Shown piece by piece: positions 1 to 8,746 of a stretch of 29,236 nucleotides of DNA. The notes beneath the pieces were generated by a model. That model had not been told where the DNA came from, made no database searches, and saw only the letters and a list, made by a program, of their open reading frames with translations. Source of the DNA: a virus (taxonomy: Duplodnaviria > Caudoviricetes); the IMG/VR virus record IMGVR_UViG_3300030708_002383, positions 1 to 29,236 of that record; one strand, written 5' to 3'. Each line of letters opens with the position of its first letter. Position 1 is the stretch's first letter. The position numbers and the translations under genes were made by a program.

Positions 1-177
1 CATTCACATATAGTTGAAAGATCAGATCTAGGAAGAAGAATGGAAGGTTATATTATTGCCAATGATTATGAAAATGAATTATGTATTTGGCATGAAAAAG
101 AATTATGCGAGGCATTGTTAGAACAAGAGTTTGAAGCAAAAAAAGAAGCAATGTTCGCTCAAACATGGGAAGAATAA
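1..177 (+). CDS. 3' end of a hypothetical protein (truncated at window edge)
   Basis: Frame 1 is open from base 1 to TAA at 175-177 (HSHIVERSDLGRRMEGYII...AMFAQTWEE*), ending 1 nt before the next ATG at 179. Confidence 0.7.
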   Translation, partial: HSHIVERSDLGRRMEGYIIANDYENELCIWHEKELCEALLEQEFEAKKEAMFAQTWEE

Positions 178-178
178 T

Positions 179-1363
179 ATGAAAGATTTAATTTATTATC
201 CATCATTATCTGCAGGAGGTTGTGCAGGAGATTTCAAAAAGAATAAAGAAATTAAGCCAGGCCTTACATGTAGATTTTATGATAAAGAGTTTCCTGAAAG
301 ATGGAGGCATCCATATTTTCTTATAACGGCAGGTCATCATTACAAATGGATGGATGCAAGAGATAGATATGGTTTGGATGAAGATGTATTGGTATTAGGT
401 GATTCAGGAGGATTCCAATTGGCTACTGGTGCAATTAAATGGGACCCATCATTTAAGAAAACTATATTTGATTGGTTAGAAGCAAATTGTGATTTAGGAG
501 TTAATTTAGATATTCCACCTAGAGCAAAATATGATGGAAAGTTCTATGAGTGTATGGATATTAGTTATGATAACTTCAAATATTTTGCAGATAATCAAAC
601 TGGTAAATGTAAGTTCTTAAATGTTATTCAAGGTAACAATGTTGAAGAATATGAAGCATGGTATCAGAAAATGAAAGACTTTGAATTTAATGGTTGGTGT
701 ATAGGTGGTGCTCAAAAAAGAGTAACCATGTTTATGTCTGCATTAGTTCCAATGATAAAGAATAGGGAATTTGAAAAAGCCAGAAATCAATTCATTCATG
801 TATTGGGTATTTCTAAAATATCAGATTTCTTTATGTTAAGTTTCTTTCAGAAGATGGTAAATAAATATCATGGAGGTAGAATACAAATATCAACTGATTC
901 AAGTTCACCTGGATTATATCCGGTATATGGAACTTATTTGCATTCACCTCAATTAAGTAAAATGACTTTTACAGATTTATATTTTCCAAAAGGAGAAAAT
1001 CTTCCATATAATGCAGATGATTTAGTTCCTAATCCATTAGGACATCCAGTATCTGAAGGAATGACGTTTGGTGAAGTATCAAATTATAAAGGTCCAGTAA
1101 CAATGAAAATGACATTGAATAATTTATTTGTATTTAATGAAACAGTTAAACAAGTAGAAGAAATAGTAAAATGTCATAATGAATTGTTACAAACTGTAGT
1201 TCCAAGAGACTTCTATGCAGTACTAATGAGTATGGAAGAAATGTTTAAGGACCCAGATAAAGCTATTCATATCTATAACAAGAATAGACAGTTGTATGAT
1301 AAGTTTGGTGGTAGTACAAGAGATTTAGTAAACAATGAAGTATTTAATCAATTTTTCGAATAA
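179..1363 (+). CDS. tRNA-guanine transglycosylase (TGT)-fold protein, DpdA-like candidate 7-deazaguanine DNA transglycosylase
   Basis: TGT motifs in order: LGDSGGFQ, NLDIPP, VIQG, CIGG, HVLG, STDSSS. Start moved from the track's TTG at 131 to ATG 179, just after the upstream stop. The DNA-substrate call is inferred from the phage replication context. Confidence 0.75.
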   Translation: MKDLIYYPSLSAGGCAGDFKKNKEIKPGLTCRFYDKEFPERWRHPYFLITAGHHYKWMDARDRYGLDEDVLVLGDSGGFQLATGAIKWDPSFKKTIFDWLEANCDLGVNLDIPPRAKYDGKFYECMDISYDNFKYFADNQTGKCKFLNVIQGNNVEEYEAWYQKMKDFEFNGWCIGGAQKRVTMFMSALVPMIKNREFEKARNQFIHVLGISKISDFFMLSFFQKMVNKYHGGRIQISTDSSSPGLYPVYGTYLHSPQLSKMTFTDLYFPKGENLPYNADDLVPNPLGHPVSEGMTFGEVSNYKGPVTMKMTLNNLFVFNETVKQVEEIVKCHNELLQTVVPRDFYAVLMSMEEMFKDPDKAIHIYNKNRQLYDKFGGSTRDLVNNEVFNQFFE

Positions 1364-1375
1364 AAAGGTAATAAT

Positions 1376-2095
1376 ATGAAAAAGACGCAAATAACAAGTT
1401 TTATTGAAAAGTATCATTTAGCAGGTAATGCAAATTCTGTTAGATTAGATGTTAAAGATAAAACAATGCAATGTGATTTTATCACAGATGATCAAAATGT
1501 AGTAGGTTCAGTATCTATGAATAATTTTGATATTGAAGATGTAACATTAGGAGTTTATGCAACTTCTCAACTAACTAAGTTGTTAACTGCATTAGATGAT
1601 GATATTACATTGAGAGTAAATAATGCAGATGGAACTGCATTTTCAATTAACTTATCAGATAAAACAACTGATGTAACATTTATGTTAGCAGACTTATCTG
1701 TTATTAGACAAGTGCCAGGAATGAAGCAATTGCCTGATTTTAATGTTAAGATTAAGTTAACAAAAGATTTTGCAAATAAATTTGTTAAATCTAAAAATGC
1801 ATTGCCAGAGACAGAAAACTTTGCAATTGAAAGTGATGCATTAGGAACTAATATGATTCTAAATTATTCAACTTTGAATACAAATAGAATTACATGGCCA
1901 ACTACTCCAGAAGGAGAAGCGAGTGATTTGAAAGCAACTTGTTTTTCAGCTAATTTATTCAAAGAAATATTAGTTGCAAATAAAGATGCTGAGTCAGGAT
2001 ATATTGAAGTATCAGAAGCAGGATTGGCAAGAGTTACATTTACAGGAAAAGATTATTCATCAACGTACTATTTAGTACAATTACAAGCTGCATAA
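1376..2095 (+). CDS. gp45: DNA polymerase sliding clamp, T4 gp45-like
   Basis: 239 aa beta-rich protein with a C-terminal 'VSEAGLARVTF...STYYLV' pattern, directly upstream of the clamp loader ATPase. Confidence 0.75.
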   Translation: MKKTQITSFIEKYHLAGNANSVRLDVKDKTMQCDFITDDQNVVGSVSMNNFDIEDVTLGVYATSQLTKLLTALDDDITLRVNNADGTAFSINLSDKTTDVTFMLADLSVIRQVPGMKQLPDFNVKIKLTKDFANKFVKSKNALPETENFAIESDALGTNMILNYSTLNTNRITWPTTPEGEASDLKATCFSANLFKEILVANKDAESGYIEVSEAGLARVTFTGKDYSSTYYLVQLQAA

Positions 2096-2096
2096 T

Positions 2097-3026
2097 ATGT
2101 TTGGAAACGTAGAAAATACATTATGGGTAGAAAAATTTAGACCCAATACATTAGATGGTTATGTAGGTAACGAGTTAATTATTAGTAAAGTAAAGTTATA
2201 TCTTGAAAATGGTGATGTTCCGCATTTATTATTTTATGGCGGAGCAGGTACTGGTAAAACAACATTAGCCAAGATTATTGCAGGAAATGTAGATGCAGAT
2301 CTTATGTATATAAATGCATCTGACGAAAACAATGTTGAAACAGTTAGAACCAAAGTAAAGAATTTTGCAAGTACAATTGGATTCAAAAGATGGAAGATTG
2401 TTATATTAGATGAGGCAGATTATATGACTCCAAATGGTCAAGCTGCATTAAGGAATCTAATGGAGACATTTTCTAAAACAACTAGATTTATATTGACATG
2501 TAATTATGTTGAAAAAATTATAGATCCTATTCAATCCAGATGTCAGGTATTTGGTATAACACCACCTAACAAAAAAGAAGTTGCAAAAAGAATTGTCGCT
2601 ATATTAAAAGAGCAGAATATAGAATTTGAAATGAATGATTTGGTAACATTAATTAATAATGGATATCCAGATATTCGAAGAGTATTGAATTCTGCTCAGC
2701 GACAAGTAATTGATGGTAAATTACAAATTGATAAAGAAAGTTTAGTCCAGGCAAATTATATGACTAAACTGTTAGATATTTTACAAAATACTAATGATAA
2801 AAAAGCATGTTTTCAAAATATTAGACAACTCATAAATGATAGTAAAGTTAAAGATTTTACAGCATTATATAAGTTTCTTTTTGATGAGATAGATAATTAT
2901 GCTAAAGGACATATTGCAAGTGTTATATTAATTTTAGCAGAAGCTCAATATCAAGATGCATTCGCAGTTGATAAAGAAATTCATGTAATGGCTACAATGA
3001 TTAAAATAATTAACGAATTAAAATAA
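2097..3026 (+). CDS. gp44: Clamp loader AAA+ subunit (RFC small subunit / T4 gp44-like)
   Basis: LWVEKFRP, Walker A GGAGTGKT, INASD, Walker B ILDEAD, SRC motif, PDIRR. Confidence 0.93.
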   Translation: MFGNVENTLWVEKFRPNTLDGYVGNELIISKVKLYLENGDVPHLLFYGGAGTGKTTLAKIIAGNVDADLMYINASDENNVETVRTKVKNFASTIGFKRWKIVILDEADYMTPNGQAALRNLMETFSKTTRFILTCNYVEKIIDPIQSRCQVFGITPPNKKEVAKRIVAILKEQNIEFEMNDLVTLINNGYPDIRRVLNSAQRQVIDGKLQIDKESLVQANYMTKLLDILQNTNDKKACFQNIRQLINDSKVKDFTALYKFLFDEIDNYAKGHIASVILILAEAQYQDAFAVDKEIHVMATMIKIINELK

Positions 3027-3034
3027 GGAAAGAT

Positions 3035-3280
3035 ATGAGTAAAATTATTGGAATGGGAGGTAAAGAACCACCTAAAGCTCAACTTAATATTAAAGCATCA
3101 GATCTTAAAGATATTGTATGTGAAAATTGTGGATGTAAATTTTTTAGACCTGTTAATGCATTTAAAAGATTATCAGCATTAATATCGCCTACAGGTAAAG
3201 AACAAATTGTTCCTATTCCAGTATATAGGTGTGATGAATGTGGACATATTAACGAAGAATTTTTGCCTAAAGATGCCTAA
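3035..3280 (+). CDS. Small zinc-ribbon protein
   Basis: 81 aa with two Cys pairs, CENC and CDEC(GH). Confidence 0.7.
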   Translation: MSKIIGMGGKEPPKAQLNIKASDLKDIVCENCGCKFFRPVNAFKRLSALISPTGKEQIVPIPVYRCDECGHINEEFLPKDA

Positions 3281-3722
3281 AAAGCCAGCTACAATATTTG
3301 ATCATCTTACAGGTATATCTCAAAGAAAAAAATCTTGGGATAAATTATCTGAAGCTGATCAAAAATCGTTTGCACCTTATATTATTAATAGGTGGTTGTC
3401 TATGCATCCAGATCTAATAGAAACTGTTGATGCATTACAACAATATACGATCGGTCCTTTAAATAAAAAGCATGTATATCAATTATATTATGATATATTA
3501 CCTAAAGCTAGTGTAAGAGCAAAATATATTAAAGGGAAAAAGGTGAATAAATTCAATAAAGATTTGATAAACTTTGTAAAAGATCATTATCAAATTAATT
3601 CGCGTGAAGCAGAAGAATATGTTGATATATTTATACGTACTAATTCTGGTATTCAAAGTTTGATTGATATCATGAAAACGTATGGTAAAACAGAAAAGGA
3701 AATAAAAAAGTTATTAAAATGA
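3273..3722 (+). CDS. gp62: Clamp loader small subunit, T4 gp62-like
   Basis: FAPYIINRWLSMHPD and YDILPK...KYIK patterns typical of gp62; synteny with clamp and loader. Start set at ATG 3273 (MPKKPATIFDHL). Confidence 0.75.
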   Translation: MPKKPATIFDHLTGISQRKKSWDKLSEADQKSFAPYIINRWLSMHPDLIETVDALQQYTIGPLNKKHVYQLYYDILPKASVRAKYIKGKKVNKFNKDLINFVKDHYQINSREAEEYVDIFIRTNSGIQSLIDIMKTYGKTEKEIKKLLK

Positions 3723-4111
3723 AAACAATAAAAGATACACCAAGAGTAGATTTCAAAGAAAAAGTATCTACAGGAAATGAAGCAGTAGATTATTGTGAAG
3801 AAAATTTTCCAGAAACATGTAATGAGTTCAAAAAAATACTTCGGGAACAATATGAAATGTTTTGTAAAAAACAAAAGAATTATGGACCAGGAAATATATC
3901 AGTAGGAACTAATCTACAAACTCCAGATGATGTTAAGTTATCATTAACAGGTTTATGGTTTCGAATGAATGATAAAATACAAAGATTAAAACAATTAATT
4001 GTTTTAGGCCATAAAGATGAAGTAGGAGAATCTGAACAAGATACATTTCAAGATTTGTCAATATATGGTATTATTGCTCAAATAGTTTCTGCAAACAAAT
4101 GGGGTAAATGA
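3719..4111 (+). CDS. DUF1599 / nucleotide-modification-associated domain 1 (Nmad1) protein
   Basis: KKQKNYG, RMNDKIQRL, ESEQDTFQDLSIYGII; all-alpha MazG-like pattern. Confidence 0.75.
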   Translation: MKTIKDTPRVDFKEKVSTGNEAVDYCEENFPETCNEFKKILREQYEMFCKKQKNYGPGNISVGTNLQTPDDVKLSLTGLWFRMNDKIQRLKQLIVLGHKDEVGESEQDTFQDLSIYGIIAQIVSANKWGK

Positions 4112-4143
4112 TTTGGTACTTTGAAATATTTTTCTTATATTTA
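4112..4143 (+). promoter_or_regulatory. Bacteroidota-type sigma70 promoter (-33 TTTG / -7 TAnnTTTG-like)
   Basis: TTTG at 4112-4115, 20-nt spacer, TATATTTA at 4136-4143 (one mismatch to TAnnTTTG). It fills an intergenic gap, and the ATG is at 4148. Confidence 0.55.
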
Positions 4144-4147
4144 ATAT

Positions 4148-5080
4148 ATGAATAAGTTTCTAAAATACAATCAGAGAGATCCAGCAAAGGGCGATAGAAA
4201 AATTTCATATTCGCAATATGCTATGTATTCAACATGTCCTAAACATTGGGAATTAGCATATGTGAAGAATCTTCGAACATTTAGTCAATCAATACATACT
4301 ATATTTGGAACAGCATTTCATGAGACATTACAAAATTATTTAACAGTTATGTTTAATGAATCTGTTAAAAAAGCGAATGAAATAGATGTTAATAAATATC
4401 TTGCAGATCAAATGCATTCTTTATACAAAGAAGCTGTAGAAAAGATGGGAGAACATTTTTCTACAAAAAGAGAAATGAATGAATTTTATTCAGACGGTGT
4501 TGCAATATTGGATTGGTTTAAGAAGAAAAGAGGCGGATATTTTTCAGCTAAAAATGAAGAATTATTGGGTATTGAAATTCCAATATATCATCCAGTCAAT
4601 GAGTATAATGATAAGGTGATGATGTTAGGATATTTAGATGTAGTTATTAGAGATAAAAGAACTAACAAAATTACAATCATTGATATTAAAACTTCTACTA
4701 TGGGTTGGAATAAATATCAAAAAGCTGATAAAACTAAAACATCTCAATTAGTATTGTATAAAAAATATTTTGCAGAACAATATGGATTTGATGTTGAAAA
4801 AATTGATATCAAATATATGATTGTAAAACGAAAGCTTATTGAAGGAGCAATGTTTCCTCAAAAACGTATTACAGAGTTTACGCCTGCATCAGGTAAGCCA
4901 ACTCGAAATAAATTAGCTAAGTCAATTCAATCATTTGTAGAATTAAATTTTCATGCAGATGGTTCGTATAGAGATAAAGATTTTGCTGCGGTCGCAGGCA
5001 AAAATAATAAAAATTGTAAATGGTGTGAATTTAAAGACCGCTTAGATTTATGTCCAAAAGAAAACAGAATAAAGGAGTAA
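4148..5080 (+). CDS. PD-(D/E)XK nuclease (RecB/Cas4-like), probably with an Fe-S or metal cluster
   Basis: ISYSQ, STCP, FGTAFHE, LGIE, GYLDVV, IIDIKT, QLVLY, CKWC...LCP. Confidence 0.88.
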   Translation: MNKFLKYNQRDPAKGDRKISYSQYAMYSTCPKHWELAYVKNLRTFSQSIHTIFGTAFHETLQNYLTVMFNESVKKANEIDVNKYLADQMHSLYKEAVEKMGEHFSTKREMNEFYSDGVAILDWFKKKRGGYFSAKNEELLGIEIPIYHPVNEYNDKVMMLGYLDVVIRDKRTNKITIIDIKTSTMGWNKYQKADKTKTSQLVLYKKYFAEQYGFDVEKIDIKYMIVKRKLIEGAMFPQKRITEFTPASGKPTRNKLAKSIQSFVELNFHADGSYRDKDFAAVAGKNNKNCKWCEFKDRLDLCPKENRIKE

Positions 5081-5082
5081 TT

Positions 5083-5328
5083 ATGACACAACAAATCATT
5101 GACGCTTTGGTTGCAAGATATCAAGCACAAAAATTAGAAGCACTTTCTAACTTAAATATTTATTTGACAGCTGCAGTAGGAGTAGGAGAACATCCTAATA
5201 TTGTAGATGAATGTGATAAACTTATTGCAAAAGTATCTGAAGCAAATGAAAGAATTGAAACATTAAGAACAATTGTTGATCAATCTAATCAAGTAGCAGC
5301 TCAGAATGAAAGTAGCGATAATAGGTAG
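5083..5328 (+). CDS. Phage hypothetical protein (helical)
   Basis: AAGGAG at 5072-5077 before ATG 5083; NIYL...VGVGEHPNIV pattern resembles small T4-like phage proteins. Confidence 0.65.
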   Translation: MTQQIIDALVARYQAQKLEALSNLNIYLTAAVGVGEHPNIVDECDKLIAKVSEANERIETLRTIVDQSNQVAAQNESSDNR

Positions 5329-5707
5329 TAGGCATTACGAAAATGTTCGTAAAATAAAAGATGCATTATTTCAACTCAAACAACGATTTGGAGATGATTT
5401 AATTGTTATATCTGGAGGAGCTCAATATGGAGCAGATAAATTTGCAAGAAAGTATGCATTAGAATTTGGAATAAATTATCAAGAATATAATCCAGCTCAT
5501 ACAACTAAAAATTTATATTCAGCTATGTCAGATAATTATTATGATAAGCCATATCATGTATCACAATTTCATCATAGAAATATGTTGATTGCAAAAGCTT
5601 GTGATGTAATGATGGCATTTATTCCTAATGGTGATCCCGCGAATGGAAGTTTAAGTGCAATTAAAAAGGTAAAAAAATTAAACAAACCAGTAACAATAAT
5701 AACATGA
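5306..5707 (+). CDS. SLOG-superfamily protein (YspA / DUF2493-like)
   Basis: VAIIGSR, VISGGAQYGADKFA, HRNMLIAKACD, AF...GS. Confidence 0.8.
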   Translation: MKVAIIGSRHYENVRKIKDALFQLKQRFGDDLIVISGGAQYGADKFARKYALEFGINYQEYNPAHTTKNLYSAMSDNYYDKPYHVSQFHHRNMLIAKACDVMMAFIPNGDPANGSLSAIKKVKKLNKPVTIIT

Positions 5708-5889
5708 AGAAGTATTTAACATATCATGCAAAATGGCAATTAGGTATAATTGTCTCCTGGCCTTGTATGTATCTGTTTTCAGATATATTAGGTTGGTCAA
5801 ACCTCGCAACAGTAATAGGATTTCAATTTGTCGGAGCTATAATTTTCTGGCCAATTGATAAATTTATCTTCAGAAAAATGAAAGGTTAA
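5704..5889 (+). CDS. Small two-TM membrane protein, GtrA-like half domain
   Basis: 61 aa with two hydrophobic helices, ending IFWPIDKFIFRK; ATGA overlap with the upstream gene. Confidence 0.55.
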   Translation: MKKYLTYHAKWQLGIIVSWPCMYLFSDILGWSNLATVIGFQFVGAIIFWPIDKFIFRKMKG

Positions 5890-5900
5890 GTAAGTAAAAG

Positions 5901-5915
5901 CATATTTATATTAAA
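5901..5915 (+). promoter_or_regulatory. Putative phage late-promoter motif ATATTTATAwTAAA, copy 1
   Basis: Intergenic CATATTTATATTAAA upstream of AGGAG (5932-5936) and ATG 5943; near-identical copies at 16324 and 26961. Confidence 0.5.
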
Positions 5916-5942
5916 TAAAAAGAACGGTTATAGGAGATATAT

Positions 5943-7397
5943 ATGGAACTAAAGTTACCAAAATTAAAAAAAGTAGATTCTACAAGAGAAAAGAAAAAGA
6001 AAATATTACTACTATCAGATGATCTTCGTATGCATTCTGGTATTGCAAACGTTTCAAGAGATTTTGTATTTGGAACAGTAGATAAATATGATTGGGTACA
6101 ATTAGGTGCGGCGATTAAACATCCGCAAGAAAATCAAATATTTGATATTTCAGCAGAAGTAAAGAAAAAGACAAATGTAGATGATGCATCTGTAAAAATT
6201 TATGCTAGTTCTGGATATGGTGATCCTCAAAAATTAAATGAGATTATAAGAATAGAACAACCTGATGCGATTCTACATTTCACAGATCCAAGATTTTGGG
6301 GTTGGCTATATAATATGGAACATGATATTAGGCAATCAATTCCTTTAATGTATTTAAATATTTGGGACGATCTTCCTTATCCGCATTGGAATGAACCATT
6401 TTATGATTCATGTGATTTAATAATGAATATATCTAGACAGACTCAGAACATTGTAAAAAATGTTTTAAGAAGACAACCTAAACCAGATTGGGCTGTACAA
6501 TGGGTTCCTCATGGTATAAATGAAAATGAATTCTTTCCTATAACAGAATTACATCCGCAATATAAAGAATTTAAAGAATATGAATCAACATGGAAATCAA
6601 AACATGATGTTGATTTTATAGTTTATTGGAACAATAGAAATATTAGAAGAAAACAGCCAGGCGATCTTGTATTAGCTTATAAAAACTTTTGTGATCAATT
6701 ACCAAAAGAAAAAGCTGATAAATGTTGTTTACTTATGAATACACAGGTAAGAGATGATAATGGAACTGATTTAAAAGCAGTAATAAAAGCTATTTGTCCA
6801 ATGTATAAGGTTGAAATAACAAATGGCGGTGTTGATTTAAAAACATTGAACTTCTTTTATAATATGGCTGATGTAACAGTTAATATTGCATCTAACGAAG
6901 GATTTGGATTATCAGGAGCTGAATCATTAATGACAGGAACTCCTATAGTAAATAATACAACAGGTGGTTTACAAGATCAAATGAGGTTTGAAGATGAAAA
7001 TGGAGATTGGATAGAATTTACAACAGAGTTTCCATCTAATCATAATGGAACGTATAAGACTCATGCCAATTGGGCAAAAGCAGTATTTCCATCTAATAGA
7101 TCGTTACAAGGTTCGCCATTAACACCATATATATTTGATGATAGAGTTGATTTTAGAGATGTAGCAAATGCAATAAAATATTGGTATGATATGGATAAAG
7201 AATCAAGAGAAGCTTGTGGTATGGCAGGACATGATTGGGTGATGGGTGATGAATCATTAATGTCTGCAAGTAAAATGTGTAAACGAATGATTGAATGTAT
7301 AGAGTCATGTTTCCAAAATTGGACACCTAAGAAAAGATTTTCGTTATATAAAATTAATAAAGCAGAACAAATAGAACAACCAGGAGTTATAGCATGA
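5943..7397 (+). CDS. Glycosyltransferase family 4 (GT-B)
   Basis: ILLLSDD...SGIA, PHGI, NRNIRRKQ, YNMADV, NEGFGLSGAESL (Ex7E), TGGLQDQ. Confidence 0.9.
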   Translation: MELKLPKLKKVDSTREKKKKILLLSDDLRMHSGIANVSRDFVFGTVDKYDWVQLGAAIKHPQENQIFDISAEVKKKTNVDDASVKIYASSGYGDPQKLNEIIRIEQPDAILHFTDPRFWGWLYNMEHDIRQSIPLMYLNIWDDLPYPHWNEPFYDSCDLIMNISRQTQNIVKNVLRRQPKPDWAVQWVPHGINENEFFPITELHPQYKEFKEYESTWKSKHDVDFIVYWNNRNIRRKQPGDLVLAYKNFCDQLPKEKADKCCLLMNTQVRDDNGTDLKAVIKAICPMYKVEITNGGVDLKTLNFFYNMADVTVNIASNEGFGLSGAESLMTGTPIVNNTTGGLQDQMRFEDENGDWIEFTTEFPSNHNGTYKTHANWAKAVFPSNRSLQGSPLTPYIFDDRVDFRDVANAIKYWYDMDKESREACGMAGHDWVMGDESLMSASKMCKRMIECIESCFQNWTPKKRFSLYKINKAEQIEQPGVIA

Positions 7398-8746
7398 TGA
7401 AACAAATGATAGTAGTACAAGGACCAGTAGCAACAAGATCTGGATATGGTAATCATACAAGGGACTTAGTTAGAAGTCTAATTGCAATGGATAAATATGA
7501 AATTCATATTATTTCTTTACCATGGGGCAATTGTCCTATGAATGCATTGAATGCTGCAGATCCAAATGATAAACCAATATTAGAGCGTATTTTATCTAAA
7601 CCGTTAGATAGACAAGCAGATATTTTTATTCAGATATCTGTTCCTAACGAGTTTTGTATGGCACCTGATGGTAAAACTCCAATCAAGCCTGGTAAATTTA
7701 ATATTGGTGTAACTGCAGGAGTTGAATCAAATGCTATGCCTCCGGAATGTATTCAAGGATTGAATAGAATGGATATGAATATTACAGTATCTAAACATAC
7801 AACTGATATAATAAAGAATACCATTTACGATCAAATAGATAATAAAACTCAACAAAAGACAGGAGAGCTAAGATGTACATCACCAGTAGAAATATTATTT
7901 GAAGGTTCAGATCTGAATATATACAAGAAAACAAATGAACTAGATAAAAATGTAGTTGAAGAATTAAATCAAATTCCAGAACAATTTTGTTTCTTGGTTT
8001 GTGGTCATTGGATTAAAGGTAAACTTGGTCAAGATAGAAAAGATATTGGAATGACTATTAAAACATTTATTGAAACATTTAAAAATACTGGTAAAACTAA
8101 AAGACCAGCATTAGTATTAAAAACATCTGGTGCTAATTTTAGCGCAATCGATAGAGAGATTATCTGGCAAAAGATAGAAGATATTTTAACACCTTATAGA
8201 GATGACCATCCAAGTATTTATTTACTACATGGAGATTTTTCAGACAATGAAATGAATTCATTATATAATCATCCAAAGATAAAAGCTATGGTATCTTTTA
8301 CTAAAGGCGAAGGATATGGTCGTCCGTTACAAGAATTTGGATTATCTGGTAAACCTATTCTGGCTAGTAATTGGTCAGGACATTTAGATTTCTTACATAA
8401 AGAATATGTAACATTATTACCAGGTCAATTAACTCAAGTTGATCCATCAGCAGCTGATAGATTTATTTTAAAAGAATCAAAATGGTTTACTGTTAATTAT
8501 CAATTCGCATCTAAAATAATGAAAGATGTATTTAAACATTATAAAAAATATTTGGCATTATCAAGAAAACAAGCTCATCATGTTCGAACTAATTTTAGTT
8601 TAGATAAAATGACTGAACAATTCGAAGAAATTTTAAATAAAGCTAAAGTTCCAGAAAAAGTGGGACTTAATTTACCAAAGTTAAAGAAAACATCGAATGA
8701 AGCTCCAAAATTAAAATTACCAAAATTAAAAAAGGTTGAAGTATGA
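7394..8746 (+). CDS. Glycosyltransferase family 4 (GT-B)
   Basis: GPVATRSGYG, DRKDIG, KGEGYGRPLQE (Ex7E), SNWSGHLDF. Confidence 0.9.
   Translation: MMKQMIVVQGPVATRSGYGNHTRDLVRSLIAMDKYEIHIISLPWGNCPMNALNAADPNDKPILERILSKPLDRQADIFIQISVPNEFCMAPDGKTPIKPGKFNIGVTAGVESNAMPPECIQGLNRMDMNITVSKHTTDIIKNTIYDQIDNKTQQKTGELRCTSPVEILFEGSDLNIYKKTNELDKNVVEELNQIPEQFCFLVCGHWIKGKLGQDRKDIGMTIKTFIETFKNTGKTKRPALVLKTSGANFSAIDREIIWQKIEDILTPYRDDHPSIYLLHGDFSDNEMNSLYNHPKIKAMVSFTKGEGYGRPLQEFGLSGKPILASNWSGHLDFLHKEYVTLLPGQLTQVDPSAADRFILKESKWFTVNYQFASKIMKDVFKHYKKYLALSRKQAHHVRTNFSLDKMTEQFEEILNKAKVPEKVGLNLPKLKKTSNEAPKLKLPKLKKVEV

Noticed and set aside
1376-3026. Archaeal or eukaryotic-virus origin suggested by RFC/PCNA-like genes
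   Set aside because: A gp62-like subunit, AGGAG SD sites, bacterial-style coupled operons and a peptidoglycan-enzyme-like gene fit a bacteriophage better.
4148-5080. Cas4-like nuclease as a sign of CRISPR-Cas
   Set aside because: No repeat-spacer array or other cas genes are visible; solo Cas4/RecB-like nucleases are common in phages.
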